This document shows positions 38,459 through 51,050 of a stretch of 64,000 nucleotides of DNA, piece by piece. The notes below the pieces were generated by a model. The model worked only from the letters and a program-made list of their open reading frames with translations, had not been told where the DNA came from and ran no database searches. The position numbers were made by a program, and so were the translations under genes. The number at the start of each line of letters is the position of its first letter. Position 1 is the stretch's first letter. The stretch is from Camelus dromedarius (Eukaryota): positions 62,188,001-62,252,000 of the forward strand of contig NC_087437.1 in assembly GCF_036321535.1 (NCBI RefSeq), in the 5' to 3' direction.

Positions 38459-40751
38459 ACTCTCCTCTCTGTCAGAACACTTCTCTTCTCTTCAGGGCTG
38501 ACTGCCCTGCGTTCCTTTCCACTGACCTGCAGCTGGTCAGTTCATCTGTTTCTTTCTGGGTTACCTGCAGCTTCTCTGATCTATTTCTGATTATTTAGCT
38601 TCCCAGCCCACAGTTTCTCCCAGAAGTTCCTCTTCACTTTATAGCCCTACCCCAGAGGAACGTTTTCTTGGCTGTGGAGGGGGTCAGTCTCCATAACATT
38701 ATGCTTTCTAACAAACCCAGTGACGTTGCGGTGGCTCTGAAGTGCTCTCTGTAAAGCATGATATCTGGTGCAGACAGTGGGTGCTTATTGCATTTTGTCT
38801 CCCCCACACGCTTCTAAGGGGACACCCTTATGGAGAGGACACATTTTGAAGGGGGAGACTTTTTTTTGCTATGAATCCACATGTTTAACTGAATAAGAAA
38901 AGCCAAACAAAAAAATGTCAATCCCAATATTATTCGGTTGTAGAAAAAAGAATTGTATAAAGAGCAAGTACTAGTAGGGGTAAAATTAAATAGATTAAAT
39001 AGTTGCTTCAGAATATACTTGTATGCAGCCCAAGGGAAAAAAAAGTTTATCACACATCAAAAAGGCCAAGTATTTTAGGAGCCCTGGGGCCTGCTACTAG
39101 CAAAATAAGAACAGACTGAGTAGGACAAGGATCCTAAAAGCACGTTTGCTAAAAATAGGGTCTCCCATGGGGTAAACCCTAATCATTCTAGGATGTGACA
39201 GTCAGAATTTCCCATGTTCACAAGCTGCGCGTGAGGGGACGATGTGGTGGCAGGGCTGCTGGCTGGCAGGTGAGCCTCGCCAGCTGCTGAGCATCGGCCA
39301 CCCCGCCCGCCTGCCCATCCGCTGCCCTGCCTCTCGGGAGGTGAAGCCAGCTCTGTTCCCTCACGGGCAATGGCTGTCAAGTGAGAGAGAAACCTTGGCT
39401 GAAAGTTGAGCCATCGGTCCACTTGTGGAACGAGGACAGTATTAGAAAACTCATGTCTGCAGAAGGAAACGAGGGATCTGCTGAGACACTGACGTGTGAA
39501 TGAATTTGGGGTGGGAAAGGTTTCAGGATGTCCTCCTCGGTAATGTCAAGAGGCCACAGGAATTAGATGTGGCAGGACATGTACCTTGGAAATGACTTCA
39601 AATTCCTCAAGAGAAGGGAGCAAGCGGCCAGTGGTTCGGTGGGATCTCGCAATGACCGAAACTCCAGTGGGACCTGAGATAAAATACCAAGGATAGAGAG
39701 GCGAATTAATGATTTTCCTCAGTAGTTAGTAAAAGACATATTAGGGTAGTTCACACCCCAGATAATATTTTAGAAAGGCAGAGTGATGACTCAGGTGGGT
39801 GACAGAAGGGCACCTTTTGTTTTTTTCTGAAGAACTGTTGACACACATCTGCTCAAATAGATTCTCACTGCCACCTCCACTGGCACCGGTGGCAAGTTTA
39901 CAGTCCCATATAAATACAGAAAGTGATTAAATTCTGCAAGCCGGGAGCAAAGCTGTGGAGTTTACTGGTGTACCTGGAAAGCCTTGCCCTGTGCCAGGCA
40001 TCTAACCTGTCCTCAGTCAGTGCTCCTTCCACAGGGGGATGGGTGACAGAAAAGAACAGACAGGGCTCAGGTGGAAGAGAGAATGGAATTGTTCTAATGT
40101 AGCCAACCACAAGGACCAGCATTTCATTTCATTTTTTTTTTCAGAATTTCATTTATTTTTCAGAAAACTGACTGAATAACAGTTTTATATTAAAGAGGGA
40201 CAAGTGAACAGGCTATTCTAAACATAATTGAGGATGAACTGGACATCAGTCACTACACCTGGATGAGCCTCCCTCTGGCCCTCAGCCCACGGGCTCTGCG
40301 GGAATCCCAGGGTGTGTCGTGGGAAGGCTGGCCAGGATGAAGGTCACCGTGTTGTGCGTGGTCTCTGCTGCCAGAGAGTCATCAGGTTCCTGAGGTAGTT
40401 CCAGCGCTGGAAGGACGCCAGCCTGGCAGTCTCCTGCCCGCTCATATCTACTGTACATGGACAGGCTATCAATGAAAAAGAATTTTTTTCAACTCAAATG
40501 TCCATAACCGTTTGGATAAGAAGCGGTAACATTTCTGCGAGGAGGTACCATGCCTGCCTGTGCTGGAGAATCCTCTGCGGGGAGGAGGCAGTGAAGACAC
40601 TGCTATAGCCGGTGGCCTTCACCCTGACTGCACATTAGAATCACCTGGAGGGCTTTTGCAACATCAACCATGTCAGGGCCCCACTCTATACTGATTAAAG
40701 CAGAATCTCAGGGGTGACTCGTATTTATGGCCAGAGTGGAGAACTACGGAG

Positions 40752-41340
40752 TTAAATATTCAAAAAGCTTTTGAAAAAATGTCATCACAGAGTCCATTAA
40801 AAAAAATAGTCAACAGAGGATGCATTTGGTGGAGAAGACAGAAACAAAGGTTATAGATGACTGATTGTATCTTAGGATGGATCCGGGACTGATACTGGGG
40901 CCAGTTTATCTAACAGTTTTGTAAGTCGGCCAGGCCAGGGCACAAATCCCAGTGAAGACATGAAGCTTTACGACGTCAGCTGGCACTTGCTGATCCGTTT
41001 GCCAGACTGTTAGGTGCGGTGGGGAGGGGGCAGGATGCAGGAGACACAGGCATGTGGCATGCTGGCAGGATGGGCCACGAGCGTAATTAACTGTACCACG
41101 GGGTAGAGTAGCATGCCATCAGAGCACACAAATAAAGTGAGCGAAACCTTAGGTGACATGGATTTCTCCTAGTGGTAAAGTAGTAAGAAGGGTGGGGTGG
41201 GATGGACATAAGAAATCCATGACATTGAAGAAAAGAGGGGAGATTCACTGGAGATAAATATGAGGTAATGCATTTAGGGATAAGTAATCCACACTGCATT
41301 AAGGACAAGATAGGCTGTCTGGTGGAGCGTAGTCTTATCC
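40752..41340 (+). mobile_element. CR1/L3 LINE reverse-transcriptase relic
   Basis: Colinear RT motifs: LNIQKAFEKMS at 40752 (compare LDFQKAFDKVS), GLILGPV at 40886 (compare GSVLGPV) and KYEVMHLG at 41256 (compare KCKVMHLG). Confidence 0.75.
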
Positions 41341-42653
41341 ATCAAACCTCTCGCCTCCCTGACCAGTTGGGGGTGATTCCACCTATGTGTGGTCTTGAGG
41401 GGAGTGAGCCCCATTTAATATCACAGGAGCCCAAATGACCAGACTCTTGCCTGTCCCTTTGTGGCCCTGGTAGGGCATGAGACCAAGGCTGGGTGCATGA
41501 GATGCTCCAAATGTTATGAATGAGGCAGAGATAAAGAGCTAGTGAGCATTCATCTGCAGGGCTGGTAGCATCTTGGCCAGACTTCTCCTTGTCAGGAGTC
41601 TGAATGTGCCTCTGGGCTTGGGACTTGCCTTTTTCCAAGCCTGATCTTTCAGCTTCCTGATAATTCTGTGAACCTCCAGTATCTTACAAATATATTCTTG
41701 AAAAAAAAAAAATTCCAGCCAAGAATCCTGGCTGATGCAGTTTTTTGGTGATAATTTATGGGCCAGGAAAGAGGTCTAGGCAGTGTTCAGTGTACCTTGA
41801 TGCCATTGACCTGGTGCATTGCTAAAGCAAGGAAGTAAAAAATGGGGTGAGGTGAGTCTTCATGGAGAAGGATGTAAGTGACAAAGCTGAATTAAATCTA
41901 ACTCTTCTGTAATATTTGGATAAATGAACACTTAGAATACACAGTTGGGGCCATTTACCTAATGTAAATGGAAAGGAGAAGGCACCTCAAATACTCAAGA
42001 AGGCAGAGAGCCTTCCCTGTGGGTACAGATGAGGTCCTGCTTAGGAGGGTGAGTGGGTGGCCAGCAGCATGGATCTTTTGTAGGTTGACCCAAAGCAGAA
42101 CAACACTTCTTTCTCTTATCCTATCTATTGGTGCCTTGTGGGCCATACGGGTCATGGATCTCATTCATTCATTCAGCTTTTATATTTCTGTGTTGGCACT
42201 AAATGTACCTGGATGAACTAGTCTGGAGCCCTGTGGAAATGAAACCAGTCGAGGATACAGTGTGCTTGGTGCTCCCCAATCTGATGTTGAGGTACAGGGG
42301 AGCCCTGAGTAGCACCCACTGACATGAGGGGCTGGGGATGGCCTCTTGGAGGAGGGGAGGTTTGTGCTGAGTCTTGAAGCACAACTGGGAGACAGACAGA
42401 CAATGTGTAGATCAGGGATGTGAACAGAGGGTTCTAGCAGGCAGAGAAATCATGTTCATAAGACTCTGAGTGTGCAAGGTGTGGGGCTAGAAGAGTCAGA
42501 GACCAGGAAGGGCCAGGTGTGTAGGGTGGTGGGGAGCCATTGATATTTCTATAGCAGGGGCATTATGATCAGATGTGAGTTCAGGTCACACTGGCAGGGG
42601 CTTGGGGATGATTCATTGTTGGCAGAGCTAAGCCACTTCGCATTGTCGTTGGC

Positions 42654-42840
42654 CAGTGGTTCTCAAAGGATAGTCCCCAGGCCGTTCTCATCAGCATCCC
42701 TTGGGCACCTGTTGGAAATCCAAAATCTTGGGGCCTACCCCAGACCTACTGAATCAGAAACTCTGAGGTGGGGCCCAGAAATCTGTGTTTTAACAAGCAC
42801 TTCAGATGAGTCTGATGCCCATTCAATTTGAGAACCTCTA
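42654..42840 (+). mobile_element. MER5A MITE
   Basis: 'cagtggttctcaaag...ccccagacctactgaatcagaaactctg...tttgagaacctct', with degenerate TIRs. Confidence 0.8.
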
Positions 42841-43030
42841 TGGTGGTGGACCAAGCTGAAATAGTGGTGGGGGGAATGAAGTGGGGTGGGGCTGAGGGGA
42901 TTGGAGATACGTCCAGTGTGTTGAATCTGGGGGACTTAACAGATGGTGTGTGGGCGGGTGGGTGCCAGGGGAGCAGAGAAGAGCATAAATGGGTTCTGCC
43001 GTTGGATAATGAAACTGCTTCCTCACACAG

Positions 43031-43177
43031 GTGTCCCTAGTGGGCTTCCTGTTCCTTTTGGGCTTATACATCTCGTCCCTGGCCTCCTGTATGGGAGGCC
43101 TCTATGGAGCACCCCGGATCCTGCAGTGCATTGCCCAGGAGAAAGTGATTCCTGCGCTGGCCTGTCTGGGGCAGGGG
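43031..43177 (+). CDS. SLC12A8: SLC12A8 internal coding exon (~exon 9), 147 nt, phase 0/0
   Basis: Acceptor cctcacacag| and donor GGG|gtgagt. Encodes [49 protein letters not shown] (TM8, CCC 'APRxLQ' motif). Confidence 0.97.
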
Positions 43178-44372
43178 GTGAGTGAACCTTTCTTTGAGAA
43201 ATGTACACGTTGCCACTAACCTGATCACTGGCCAATAAATTGCTTCTGATAAGAGCCGCTGATCAAGTTCCCTGGCGGGGAGAAACAAGAAGGCACCCCT
43301 GTCCTCTGACTGCTTTAGTCTGGGGCCATTGGGCAAAGCGTCTGTCAATTTCACAGCCATGTAGGGTCCTTTAGCACTGGCTTAGCTCACTGTCACAGCA
43401 GCACTGTGGGCCCTGCATAGCAGGGAATGGGAGTGCCACAACCTTTAATCAAAATAAATTCTAGATCCTCCAAGTTTGGCATAGAAGAAAGAATCTCTGG
43501 GTGAGGAGGAGAGCTGGTCCTTGCAGCTCTAACTCTGTCCTGGACAGTCACCTTCCCTTTGGGGTCCTTTGTGAGGATTTCCCACACCTCTGGGCTCCCT
43601 GCTGCTCATCACAGCCCAAACCCTAACTGATACAACTTGGTTGCATCATGAAACAGTCAGAGGAGACATTCCTAAGCCAAGAGGGTGACAAGAGAAATTA
43701 ACAGAACCCTACTTCTCAGTAACGTGTTTTGTGTGAGCTGTGGCTCATTTCTATGTTGTTGGAACACCACAAAGTCCTCCCCAGCCCCCTTCCCATCGCC
43801 AGCCCCCCAAACAATGGGGTCACATAGTTACAAGTCATCTTTAATTCCTCCCTTTACCTCCCTTCACCTCTTATCCATCAGTCAGCGTGCGCGGGTAAGA
43901 GCGATGACTGTCCTCTCTAGTACATGCCTGTTACTTTATTTTAATTTCATGTATTTTTAATCAGATAACGTATGTACAGAGTTCAAAACTAAAAATGATA
44001 TAAAGATATATACCCTGTGAATTTTTGCTCTCATTATGAGTCCTTCTACTCTTTTAAATGAATCCTTCTCTCCTCTATTTTTACAAAAATAATGTTCTGT
44101 ATACATTATTTTATACCTTGCTTTTCTTTATTTAGTATAGTTGGAAATCTGTCTTTTCATATGAATATAGAGAGAACTTTCTCACTCTTTTTCTATTATG
44201 TAGATATACCGTAGATTATTAACCAGTTCCCTGTAGATAATATGGCTTCTAGTAAACCGTGCTACAAAGAATATTCTTGTGTGTGTGTACACAAGTTTGT
44301 ACATGTGCAGATAGATGTATTTATAGGATAATTTTTAAGTGGGTTTTCTGGTCAAAGGGTAAATGCATTTTT

Positions 44373-44471
44373 TGCACATATAAATATATATTTTATTGAA
44401 GTATAGTCAGCTTACAATGTTATCAGTTTCTGGTGTACAGCACAGTGCTTCAGTCATCCATGAACATACAT
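44373..44471 (-). mobile_element. Short young L1 3' end insertion
   Basis: 'ttttattgaagtatagtcagcttacaatgttatcagtttctggtgtacagc' flanked by a degenerate TSD, taaatg(c/a)attttt. Confidence 0.75.
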
Positions 44472-44544
44472 GTTAAATGAATTTTTAATATTAACAAATA
44501 TTACTAAAACACCTTCCGTGGGATTTGTATCATTTTGTACCTAA

Positions 44545-44750
44545 TGGGGTAAGTCTGTCTTCCGATACAACTTTATTTATGGACACTGAAATTAGAATTT
44601 CATGTAATTTTCATGTATCACAACATATTTCTCTTCTTTGATTTTTTTCCCCCCAGTTGTTTAGAAATGTAAAACCATCCTTAGCTTGTGGACATACATA
44701 AACAGATGGTGGCCAGATCTGGCCCAGGGGCCATAGTTTGCCAACTCTGG
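44545..44750 (+). mobile_element. MER58-type MITE fragment
   Basis: Ends with 'ggccagatctggcccaggggccatagtttgccaactctg'. Confidence 0.7.
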
Positions 44751-47186
44751 ATTATGTCTTCCATATGTATCTCTAAACAAAATTGTTCCATTTTGCCAGC
44801 TTTGTAACTTTATATAAATGTGGCATGCTTCTGTCATGCAACATGGTATTTATGTGATTCACCCATGTTTTTGCTTGTAGCAGCAGCTTGTTTATTATCA
44901 TCCCCAAAGCATTTCCTCATTGTCTGCAGTTTATTTATTCATTCTGCTCGCATGATTTGTCCCAGTTTCAGACCCTTAACAGACAATGCAGTGAACATCC
45001 TTGTGCTAGCAGACCTGTTCACATGCAGAGTTATTCCAGACTATGTACCCAGTAGTGGAATTGCTCAATTGTAAGATGTGTATATATTCACTTACTAGGT
45101 AACACCTGGTACCTTTTCCAAAGTAGTCGTGTTAATTTACACTCCTATCAGCAGTGGTGAAGTGTTCCCACTCATCTGTGCTCTTGCCAATAGTTGATAT
45201 TATCAGATGTTTTAATTTTTGCCAATCTGGTAGGTGTTTAATCGTATCTCATTAGGGTTTTAATTTGCATTTCCCTGATTACTAATGAGGTTGGGCACCT
45301 CTCCTGTGTTTAATAGACATTCTTTCGCACATTTTTTTTAGTGAGCTGTTTGTCTTCTAGTTATTTTGTAGGGATTCTTTGTATATTCTGGATTACGCTT
45401 GGTCAGTTATATGTGTTAGAGGTATCTTTCCCCATTCTTTGGTTTGTTTTTCTCCTTTCTTGGGTAACAGAAATTCATGTGTGACTATTTTTATCACTTG
45501 ACAACCCACCCTTATCAAAGTCCTGGCCTGGACCGCTAGCATTTCCTATCGCTTATCGAAGACCCTGCTTTTAAGTTCTTGTTAGTTTATGAGGATTTAC
45601 TTTATTCTTGCTAGTTTTATTGTTAGAGTATGCTAAACTGCTGTAGCAAATATACCCCCAAATGCATTTTCAAAAAGAATAAAATGTATTTTTACTTGCT
45701 TTTTTAAAAAATGTTTTTACTCTGAGGGTCTAGGAAAGGTGTTTTAGGTCAGTAAAGCCTCTGATGCTCAGAGACTCAGACCAGTGATGACTTTGCCATT
45801 TTCATCCTGAGACTTCAAAGATTACCCTCTGTTCTCACCCTCAGTAAGGGGGATACACTTGGAAGAACACACCTGGGAGGTTCACAGTCAGGTCTGGATG
45901 TGGCTAACCTGCCGCCTTCCCATTCCAGATCCCTGGTGTAAAGGAGGTGGGAGCTGTGGTTAGAGCCTGTGTATGTCCTGAGGGTAAGGCTGACGATATT
46001 TGCTAAAGGATAATGAGAAGAGGCATCAAGAATTTTGCTTGACTGAGCAACTCAAAGGATGAATTTGCCATTTTCTGAGATGGTGAAGGCTACAGAAGGA
46101 GTAGATTTAACGGGTGGGAGATTGGAGGATCAGCAGTTTGGTTTTGGACATATTAGTTTTGTGATCCTATTAAACATCAACTGGAAATGTTGAGTAGACA
46201 GTTAAATATTTAGGTTTGGATTTCAGGGGAACATTTCAGGCTGGAGATTCAAATTTGGGAGTTGAAAGCATTAAGCTGGTGTTTGAAGCCATGAGCCTGA
46301 TTGAGATCCTAGAAAGGGAACATGGACAGAGAAGAGAAAGGGTCCGAGGATGGAGCCTGGGGTGGCTTTAAATGCAGATTTCAGAGAAGCAGAGTGGCCA
46401 GCAACAGAGACTAAGAAGGACCAGCCAATGAGGAGGGAGACAGACCAAGAGAAGAGAGGTGAAGAAAGTCCTTCAGAGATCAGGGAGTGACTAGCTGGGT
46501 CAGACGGAGTTCTTAGGTCAAGGAAGATGAGGACTCAGACGTGACTATTGCTTTTGACCCAAAGACAATGTCAGTGACTGTGATGAATGATGGTATTAGC
46601 ATATGTTCTCCACCCCTGTCCTCCTGAAGGTCACGATACTCACCTCCATTAGTAACAGATGTGCATAAATTTGTGCATGTGTGTGTGTGAACATGTGCTT
46701 GTGTGCATGTTTAGTATCAGAATTCCCTCACCTCAACTACCAGTGATTCTGCTATGTCTTCCAGGGTCTGCCACTCCCCATAAGGTCATTTTCTCCATTA
46801 AAGCATGAGAAGAATCAATTCTGCACCTCTTTGATTTCCAAGGCTGGTGTTAAAACCCAGTGAAAGACAAGAGGAGAAATATTTGTGAAGTCAATGTTCC
46901 ACAGTATTGCCCCATATTAATAGTTACTAATACAACTAATACCCATTAGGTGTGTTGAGAGCCTGCTGTGACCAGGGCCACGTCAAGCATCTTATGTACA
47001 TTGGCTCTGATCTCACAATAGCCCCATGAGCTGGATATCATTATCCTAAGTTTACAGATGAACAGTCATTAACACACCAAAGGGCACATGGGAGAAGTGG
47101 CTGAGCCATTATGAGTTGTGTTTCTATATATCATGCGATTTTCTCCTGAAACTTCATGGTCCCATATGTTATTTTTGTTTCTGCAG

Positions 47187-47832
47187 AAAGGGCCAAATAA
47201 AACACCTGTAGCTGCCATCTGTCTGACCAGTTTGGTGACCATGGCCTTTGTCCTCGTGGGTCAGGTGAATATTCTGGCCCCCATCGTTACCATCAACTTC
47301 ATGCTGACATACATCGCAGTGGACTACTCTTACTTCTCCCTATCCATGGGTGCCTGCAGCCTCCCTCAGGTGCCTGAGTCAGTGTCCAGGGAGGGCATGG
47401 AAGCTCTCCACTGCTCTGAGCACCTGCTCCTGGAGAGGGCTCCCAGCTATGGCTCTGAGGGCGTTGCCTGGAGCCTCACTGAAGGCACTTTGCTGGAATT
47501 CACCAAGGACATGGATCAGCTCCTCCAGTTAACCAGTAAGCTTGAGAGTAGCCAGCCCAGGGGAGGAGAGAGCCATGGCATCCCAGAGAATCAAAAGGGG
47601 AAGACAAAGAAGGCCACCAAGCAAGCCCTCCAAGATAGCTTCCTCTTGGACCTCAGGTCCCCTGCTTCCTTCCCTCCTGAAGGCTCTGACAGATGGCCCG
47701 CTGCCTCTTGGGAGGGGCAGGAGCCCTACAGGGACATGCAGGGTTCCAGAAGTGAAGGGACTTGGCCTGGGGAAGCCTGTGGAGGACAACTTTTCTCTGA
47801 GCTGAGTAACCAACCCAGGGCAAGTGGAGAAG
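47187..47832 (+). CDS. SLC12A8: SLC12A8 large internal coding exon (~exon 10), 646 nt, phase 0/1
   Basis: Acceptor tttctgcag| and donor GAAG|gtgggt. Encodes [21 protein letters not shown]...[13 protein letters not shown] (TM9-10), then a long hydrophilic insert ending ...QPRASGE. Confidence 0.97.
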
Positions 47833-48749
47833 GTGGGTGCTTTGGAATCACAGTGGGGTCTCCTAACTGGGGTGACTACTCAGTTGTCACAACTCTCTTT
47901 CAAGTCCCTAGTTAGTGCATTTTATAGCTGGGTTTAAAATCCTTGTGAGTTTTGCTTGGCATTTACTTTAAAAACGTATGGGCAGATAACAGCTGAATTT
48001 GTAATTCTACTGTTACAGATGGTTCATTTTAAACAGAAATTTCTATCTACTCCTGTTTGTTAGAGCTGGGAGCCATGGCTAATAATTGAATATTAATTTC
48101 ATTTTACTCAAAAATCAGCCACCATGAATGAAACCAGTTTCTCCTTTCAAGGGAAGTGGAAATGTGTTGTGACAAATTGCCTGGCAGGAACTTCGTATGT
48201 TTTGTCTCTGGAAGATGAATCTCCCAAACCAGGCAGGAGGGGATGGAGAGACAGTGGCTAACGGAGCATAGCTTTGTTTCGCTTCCTCAAATCTGCAGAC
48301 CCAGAGACACAGGGAGAGACTCTGAAAGAGAGGCTTCCAGGGCATGAGAAATTCTGAGAGAAAGCAAGAGCTTAGAATTTTGGAGAGTCTTCCATACTCC
48401 AGGTGCTTTTCATATATTATTGCATGTAATATAATAGATACTAGCATTTTCTGTTTTACAAATGAAGACCCTGAAGCCCAGTGAGGTCCCAGAGAATCCT
48501 CAGAGCTGAGACTTCGCACAGCTGGACATCACACCCAGGTCTCCCTGTATTTGAAGCCCAATACTTTCCTCTACATAATCTGCCCCTTGAGATCTGTACA
48601 GACAAGTGTGGGCAAAAAGAAGGAGACAGAGACCTAGAAGGAGATGTCCAAAAATAAATGCTTTATGTTCTCCCATACACCTGCTTTTCCTTCTTTACCT
48701 CCAAATTGGTGGGAGGTTTTTAATGGTAAGAACATTATCAAAATTTTAA

Positions 48750-51050
48750 AGATTATTTTATTTTTTGTCAAAGTAATAAGAGTACAGTTTAATCAGTCAA
48801 GTGGAATGAAAAGTCACATAATCAGATATAGTAGTTCCCACTCTACTATACCATCCCTTTTATCCTTCTCCAGCCCATAGTTCCACTCCAAGAAAATCCT
48901 GCTTTCAACCAAAAAATTGCTTCTTCTGTTAACCTTCATGTTACTAAGTAATATATTTGCATTGCTGCTTCTTGATATGTCAGTTTCAGATATGATCTTT
49001 TGATTTCCTACTATGATAAATGAAGAATTAACTCATTTATGCCACTGATTTCTTATCCAATGTCTTTAGTGTAATTGCATCACAGTTTTTTTAATTAACT
49101 GAATAGCTACTATTCAAATTATATCACGATTAAGTGAATATTGCTTAACTCTGAGCCATATATTATACTATGATTACATTTCCTTTTTAGTTCAACCTTT
49201 TCTATTTCCTGGGGTTAATAATAGCCTTGGTTTTTTATTTGCTTGGTTTTCTGCCCTCATTTTTCTCTAAGTGCTCTGGCAGATATGCGAACACCTCTCA
49301 ATGTTATTTTCCAAATGCTCGAATTCTTCAGAAATTTATCATATTCATTTGTTTTTTCCCCTCTGTCCCATGGCTGCTATCCTGATCCACTCTAGAGCAT
49401 CTGTTCTCTAGGCCTGCTATAAAGCTGTTGTCTTGGAATTCCTCTATCATACTTGTGTGTCAGGTCCAGGGAATAAGAGATTTCTTAGATGCAATATTAT
49501 GATAGACTTTTTTTTTTTTTTTTTGCCTGCCCAGCATCAAATGACTTCCCTGTGTTTTGAAGAATTTCTAAGGTTACGAGTCTTGGTGGGAGGCAAAGCA
49601 AGCCTTTCACACTGAAAACTGAAAATGTCAGATATTCAGTTTTCCAGCCCCTCCTACAACCCAACCAGAGTGCAGGCACAGGACCAAGGATCGGCTAATC
49701 AGATGAGCCCTCCATATACTTGGAACTGGGAACTGGAAACCTGAAGAAATGGAGATTTTGAAGAACTCCCTGGAAGCAGGATGGTGGCTGCAGGATGACT
49801 ACATTCTTGGCTCCAGTATTTAGGGCTTTCTGGGTCAGTGGGCGGGCTGCAGTGTCTAGACCTTGGTGCCTCTAGCACTGGTGACCCCACTAGACTGCTC
49901 TGACATAAAATTTTGAGTGTTGTCCCTGGCTATGTAGCCCTGAACTTGATTCGCTAGCCTTTCCAGCTGTTCTCAGAGACTTGGAAATGTCTTTTTAGCT
50001 GGTTATATTGCTGCTTCTCATGAAACCACGTGGGGTTTTTTGCTAAAGAGGAAGGGGATATTGGGTAACAGCAATCAGTCTATGCCGCAGTTATCCTGTT
50101 CTTAATTTCCAAGAGCTCTTGGTTGTAACCTGATTTGTCCTTATCCTTTTTTAAAAAAATTGAATGTCAATTCATTCTTGTTCTATGGATACAATGCTTA
50201 TCTCTCTGGTGACATTACTTATTCTCCCTTTAAAGTCTATTCTGCCCTGTGTTCTTTAGTTTCTTTTCTCTTCGGCTTGGTCTCGCTCTCTTTTATGTTG
50301 GAGACTTTACTAAAATGTCTATGGCTCTTTTGATTTTAATTTCTTTTCCTGCTTAGAAGTAAGTATTAAAAGCTGTTCAAAGACCTGCATCCTGGGCAGG
50401 GCTTATTGACTGGTGCACCTTACTGTAGAGTGATCAGGCTTCTTCACAGGAGGACCCCCAAATGGGACTAGCTGGAGGTTTTCCTCTGGGGCTCTTCAGT
50501 TCCTCCAGAGAAGAGTCCTTTAATTTCTTGCATGGGGGTCTACCAGATGGCTGCTTGTATTCAGGAAGCCAGGTGACATAAGGGAGTTGGAGGTGTCCCA
50601 CTACATAGGATATAGACTTTCACTGAATTCCCCAGTTTCTAGCTCCATTCCCCCACTCTTTTCAATGTCTAGTATCCCAAGTCCGGGCACCTCTCTGGTT
50701 TGATTTCTTCAGAGGAACCCCCCTTGGGGAGGGGTTCAGGTAAAGAGGAGTTGTTCCCTAGTTGCATGGCCAGAGGAAAGATCTTGATGTCTGTTTCATA
50801 TACAGTCTTGCAACCAGCCCCCTGCATCTTGTCACTTCTCAGGGACAGGTGCTTCCTGGTCCTGAACTTTGTGGGGTCTACTGGGGTGCTCCTGGCCTGC
50901 ATCCTCTCTGTGGACCCTAGAGTTTGTCCTCCTCTGCTCTGCTGTCTGTTACCACTCCTCCATCACCTCTCCCCCTTCCAAGACTTGTTATCTTTCCTCT
51001 CATTCTCCTTGTGTTTATGAGTTTATGCCTATTTAATTCTTTTTGTGTCT
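48750..51050 (-). mobile_element. Old L1-family relic (HAL1/L1M-like), probably with a nested LTR fragment
   Basis: Antisense T-rich pattern that parallels 29860-32560; edges approximate. Confidence 0.5.

Larger units (their letters stand above)
43940..45470 (-). mobile_element. Old L1 (L1ME-like) relics with nested younger insertions
   Basis: 'ttttaatttgcatttccctgattactaatgaggttgggca' and other antisense L1 motifs. Confidence 0.7.

Noticed and set aside
47118..47915. 265-aa ORF as a stand-alone gene
   Set aside because: It is ~exon 10 plus read-through into the flanking introns; the splice sites define 47187-47832.
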